The notes under the pieces were generated by a model. That model had not been told where the DNA came from. It worked only from the letters and a program-made list of their open reading frames with translations, and searched no databases. A DNA stretch of 64,000 nt from a virus. Shown in pieces: positions 61,979 through 64,000 of this stretch. Where the stretch lies: the IMG/VR virus record IMGVR_UViG_3300046697_000072, one strand, 5' to 3'. Every line of letters begins with the position of its first letter. Within the stretch, counting starts at the first letter, position 1. The position numbers and the translations under genes are program-made.

Positions 61979-62542
61979 ATGCATTCTGACGCTTTGAAAT
62001 CCTTCAGGGTTGACCTTTCTGAAGATCGACTCGAATCCCTCTTTGAAGAATTTCTCGTAATGTTCCTGGGGGAATGTAACGAGGAGCCCTCCTTCATTCT
62101 GTTCACTGATAAACACCGGCAGAAACTGATCGATCTTGTTGGTGAGGCATACACGACTTCCCGGCACTACAACCAAATAGCGGAGTGGTCAATTGCTTGG
62201 GAAAACGGTAAGGCCGATGCCGACCAGATACTCTCTGTTTATGTTTTCGACCACTGTAGAACCCTTGAACAGGCAGAGGAACACCTTCGGGAAATGAAGT
62301 CTCTCCCGTATGTGGAATTCCTTAAGACGGATTACTGGTCAATCGTGCGGCGGGCCGTCATACGGATGCACAACGGGAAATGCGGGGTTTGTCTGTCTTC
62401 CGACCATCTCCACGTTCATCATAAATCCTACGATCACCACGGGGAGGAGCATGAACATCTTGAGGATTTGATCCCATTATGCCGTTCGTGTCACGAAAAG
62501 TTTCACAATAAAGTCCCAACTCCCGGAGTATCTGCTCAATGA
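61979..62542 (+). CDS. HNH-motif protein
   Basis: CGVC..LHVHHKSY..EEHEHLEDLIPLCRSCHEKFH. SD GGAGGTGG. Confidence 0.65.
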   Translation: MHSDALKSFRVDLSEDRLESLFEEFLVMFLGECNEEPSFILFTDKHRQKLIDLVGEAYTTSRHYNQIAEWSIAWENGKADADQILSVYVFDHCRTLEQAEEHLREMKSLPYVEFLKTDYWSIVRRAVIRMHNGKCGVCLSSDHLHVHHKSYDHHGEEHEHLEDLIPLCRSCHEKFHNKVPTPGVSAQ

Positions 62543-63762
62543 AAACCGATGACCCGGTGTTCAAGCTCCTCACGGAGTTTTGCGGGCAGAGTGCCCAGGT
62601 CACCATACCAAGGGCGCTCATCTCCCTTACGGGTGACTTGAAAACCGCGATGGTTCTTTCTCAGGTCGTCTATTGGTCTGGCAAGAAAGACCAGTCTGAC
62701 GGTTGGTTCTATAAAACTTACGACCAATGGAATGAGGAATTAGCGCTTTCCAAGCATGAGGTTTCTAGGGCTGTTGATTGGCTTTCTAGTGAGGGATTAG
62801 TTGAGTTCGAAACCCGCAAGGAAGGTGGTGTCCCGAAGCTCCATTACCACTTTTCGATCTCCGGTTTCCGGAAGTGGATAGTTAAAAAAGGGGAAGTCGA
62901 TAGTGAAAAAATCGGAGATCTGAACAGCGAAAAACCGGAAGTCCCTAATAAGGAACAGAAGAATACTCCAGAAGAGTACAAACAGAAGAATACAGAAGAA
63001 CCTCCGCCGGAGGAAAACGGAACTATAACCGGAATTGAAAACCAAGAACCTTTTGACCGGGAGGCCCTTCCAAAACTTTTGTGTTCGCGGTTCAAGAGGC
63101 TGAGGGGGGTTCGGTCGTTTCCGAAAAGTTGCAGGGATCTCGTCCAACGTTGCACGGGCATTCTTAATTCGAACTGGTCCGAAGACCAAGTTCTATCTGT
63201 GTTCGAGGATTGGGAATCTGAGGAGTTCTGGAGATCCTTTACCATTGAGCATAAAGTGCATTCATTCTTCAAGTATACCGAGTCTCACTCCCCTCGCCAG
63301 AAGACCGAACTACTGGAGCCCCCCGGAGCATCCCCCCAGCCTGAGATCCCGGTGCTGGTTACGGCAACTCCAGTGGCCCCTGCGATTGATTTCCCGGCCC
63401 GGTGGAACGAGCTTGTACCAGCGCGGCCTACGGTTTGGAACCAAGCTCGGGATTCATGGCGCGGGGTGGGGGTGTTTTCAGACCCAGAATTTGCAGCCAA
63501 ATTTGACGACTTGTGCCGCACATGCCAGAAGTTCATCACAGCCAAGCCGGATGCAGATTGGGTTCACTTCCGCTGGATGATCGGAGCCAAGGACGGACAC
63601 CCGAACTGGCACCGGGTAGACAGTGACGAGTTCCATATCAGCGAGAAGCGCCACGGGTCCGGCATGACCGCTGAAGAGAAAGGCCAGATGACCCGTAATC
63701 TAGCCAAACAGATGGAGGAAGAGAATGAAACTCGAAAGAAAGCAGCCGCTCAGAAGTCTTGA
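62539..63762 (+). CDS. possible replication initiator or winged-helix DNA-binding protein
   Basis: N-terminal ..IPRALISLTGDLKTAMVLSQVVYWSGK.. resembles replisome-organizer N-termini. This call is weak. Confidence 0.35.
   Translation: MKTDDPVFKLLTEFCGQSAQVTIPRALISLTGDLKTAMVLSQVVYWSGKKDQSDGWFYKTYDQWNEELALSKHEVSRAVDWLSSEGLVEFETRKEGGVPKLHYHFSISGFRKWIVKKGEVDSEKIGDLNSEKPEVPNKEQKNTPEEYKQKNTEEPPPEENGTITGIENQEPFDREALPKLLCSRFKRLRGVRSFPKSCRDLVQRCTGILNSNWSEDQVLSVFEDWESEEFWRSFTIEHKVHSFFKYTESHSPRQKTELLEPPGASPQPEIPVLVTATPVAPAIDFPARWNELVPARPTVWNQARDSWRGVGVFSDPEFAAKFDDLCRTCQKFITAKPDADWVHFRWMIGAKDGHPNWHRVDSDEFHISEKRHGSGMTAEEKGQMTRNLAKQMEEENETRKKAAAQKS
63142..63155. repeat. palindrome copy GTCCAACGTTGCAC
   Basis: Inside CDS 62539-63762. 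Confidence 0.95.
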
Positions 63763-64000
63763 GGACCGCACCACTGATGTCATGAAATCCATCGACAGTC
63801 TCTCTTGGATGCCGAAGTACCCGGAAAAACCTGAACACCTGAAACTCATCGCATCCTGTATCGCGTCATTCTGTGACACCGGGGAGATCAACTACACGGA
63901 CTTCGACCCGGACGATCCGACGCAAACCAAACCCGGCCCGATGGCCTGGGGCTGGCAGAAGCCTCTCGATTGGACGGTTAAGCGGGTGGCCGAAACCTGC
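63725..64000 (+). CDS. hypothetical protein (partial, runs off right edge)
   Basis: ATG follows GGAGGAAGAGA. The frame is open to the window end. Confidence 0.45.
   Translation, partial: MKLERKQPLRSLEDRTTDVMKSIDSLSWMPKYPEKPEHLKLIASCIASFCDTGEINYTDFDPDDPTQTKPGPMAWGWQKPLDWTVKRVAETC

Overview
The window is a 64-kb stretch of a tailed-phage or prophage genome, fairly GC-rich by eye, from a diderm host (it encodes a lipoprotein, an outer-membrane-type beta-barrel and Sec-type leaders). Layout: (i) 1-28.7 kb runs leftward and holds head and packaging genes (split capsid gene, scaffold, portal, TerS-like, TerL), a ParB-like protein, an envelope/lysis cassette and about 25 small ORFs. (ii) 28.7-29.8 kb is a 1.1-kb non-coding region with many hairpins and repeats, sitting between divergent transcription units. 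(iii) 29.8-51.9 kb runs rightward and holds small genes plus an AAA+/DUF1257/DUF2997 cassette, an NrdG-like radical-SAM protein, a pentapeptide-repeat protein, a DnaN clamp, RecT, a PD-(D/E)XK exonuclease and an SF2 helicase. (iv) 52.1-61.3 kb is a leftward operon of very large Ser/Thr/Gly-rich proteins with signal-peptide-like N-termini. (v) 61.3-64 kb has divergent promoters, an HNH protein and a possible replication initiator. Main findings read from the sequence: an ORF-less group I intron (P/Q/R/S core elements present) splits the capsid gene, next to an antisense RHH plus endonuclease VII operon. TerL carries a LAGLIDADG intein. Two paralogous HNH genes bracket the portal gene. A 14-bp palindrome GTNCAACGTTGNAC occurs 22 times, often on start codons or in promoter regions. 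Three tandem polycationic micropeptide ORFs lie in the head module. A pentapeptide-repeat gene is built from a near-perfect 15-nt tandem array. No tRNA, rRNA or CRISPR array was found. All functional calls rest on remembered family motifs, not database searches.
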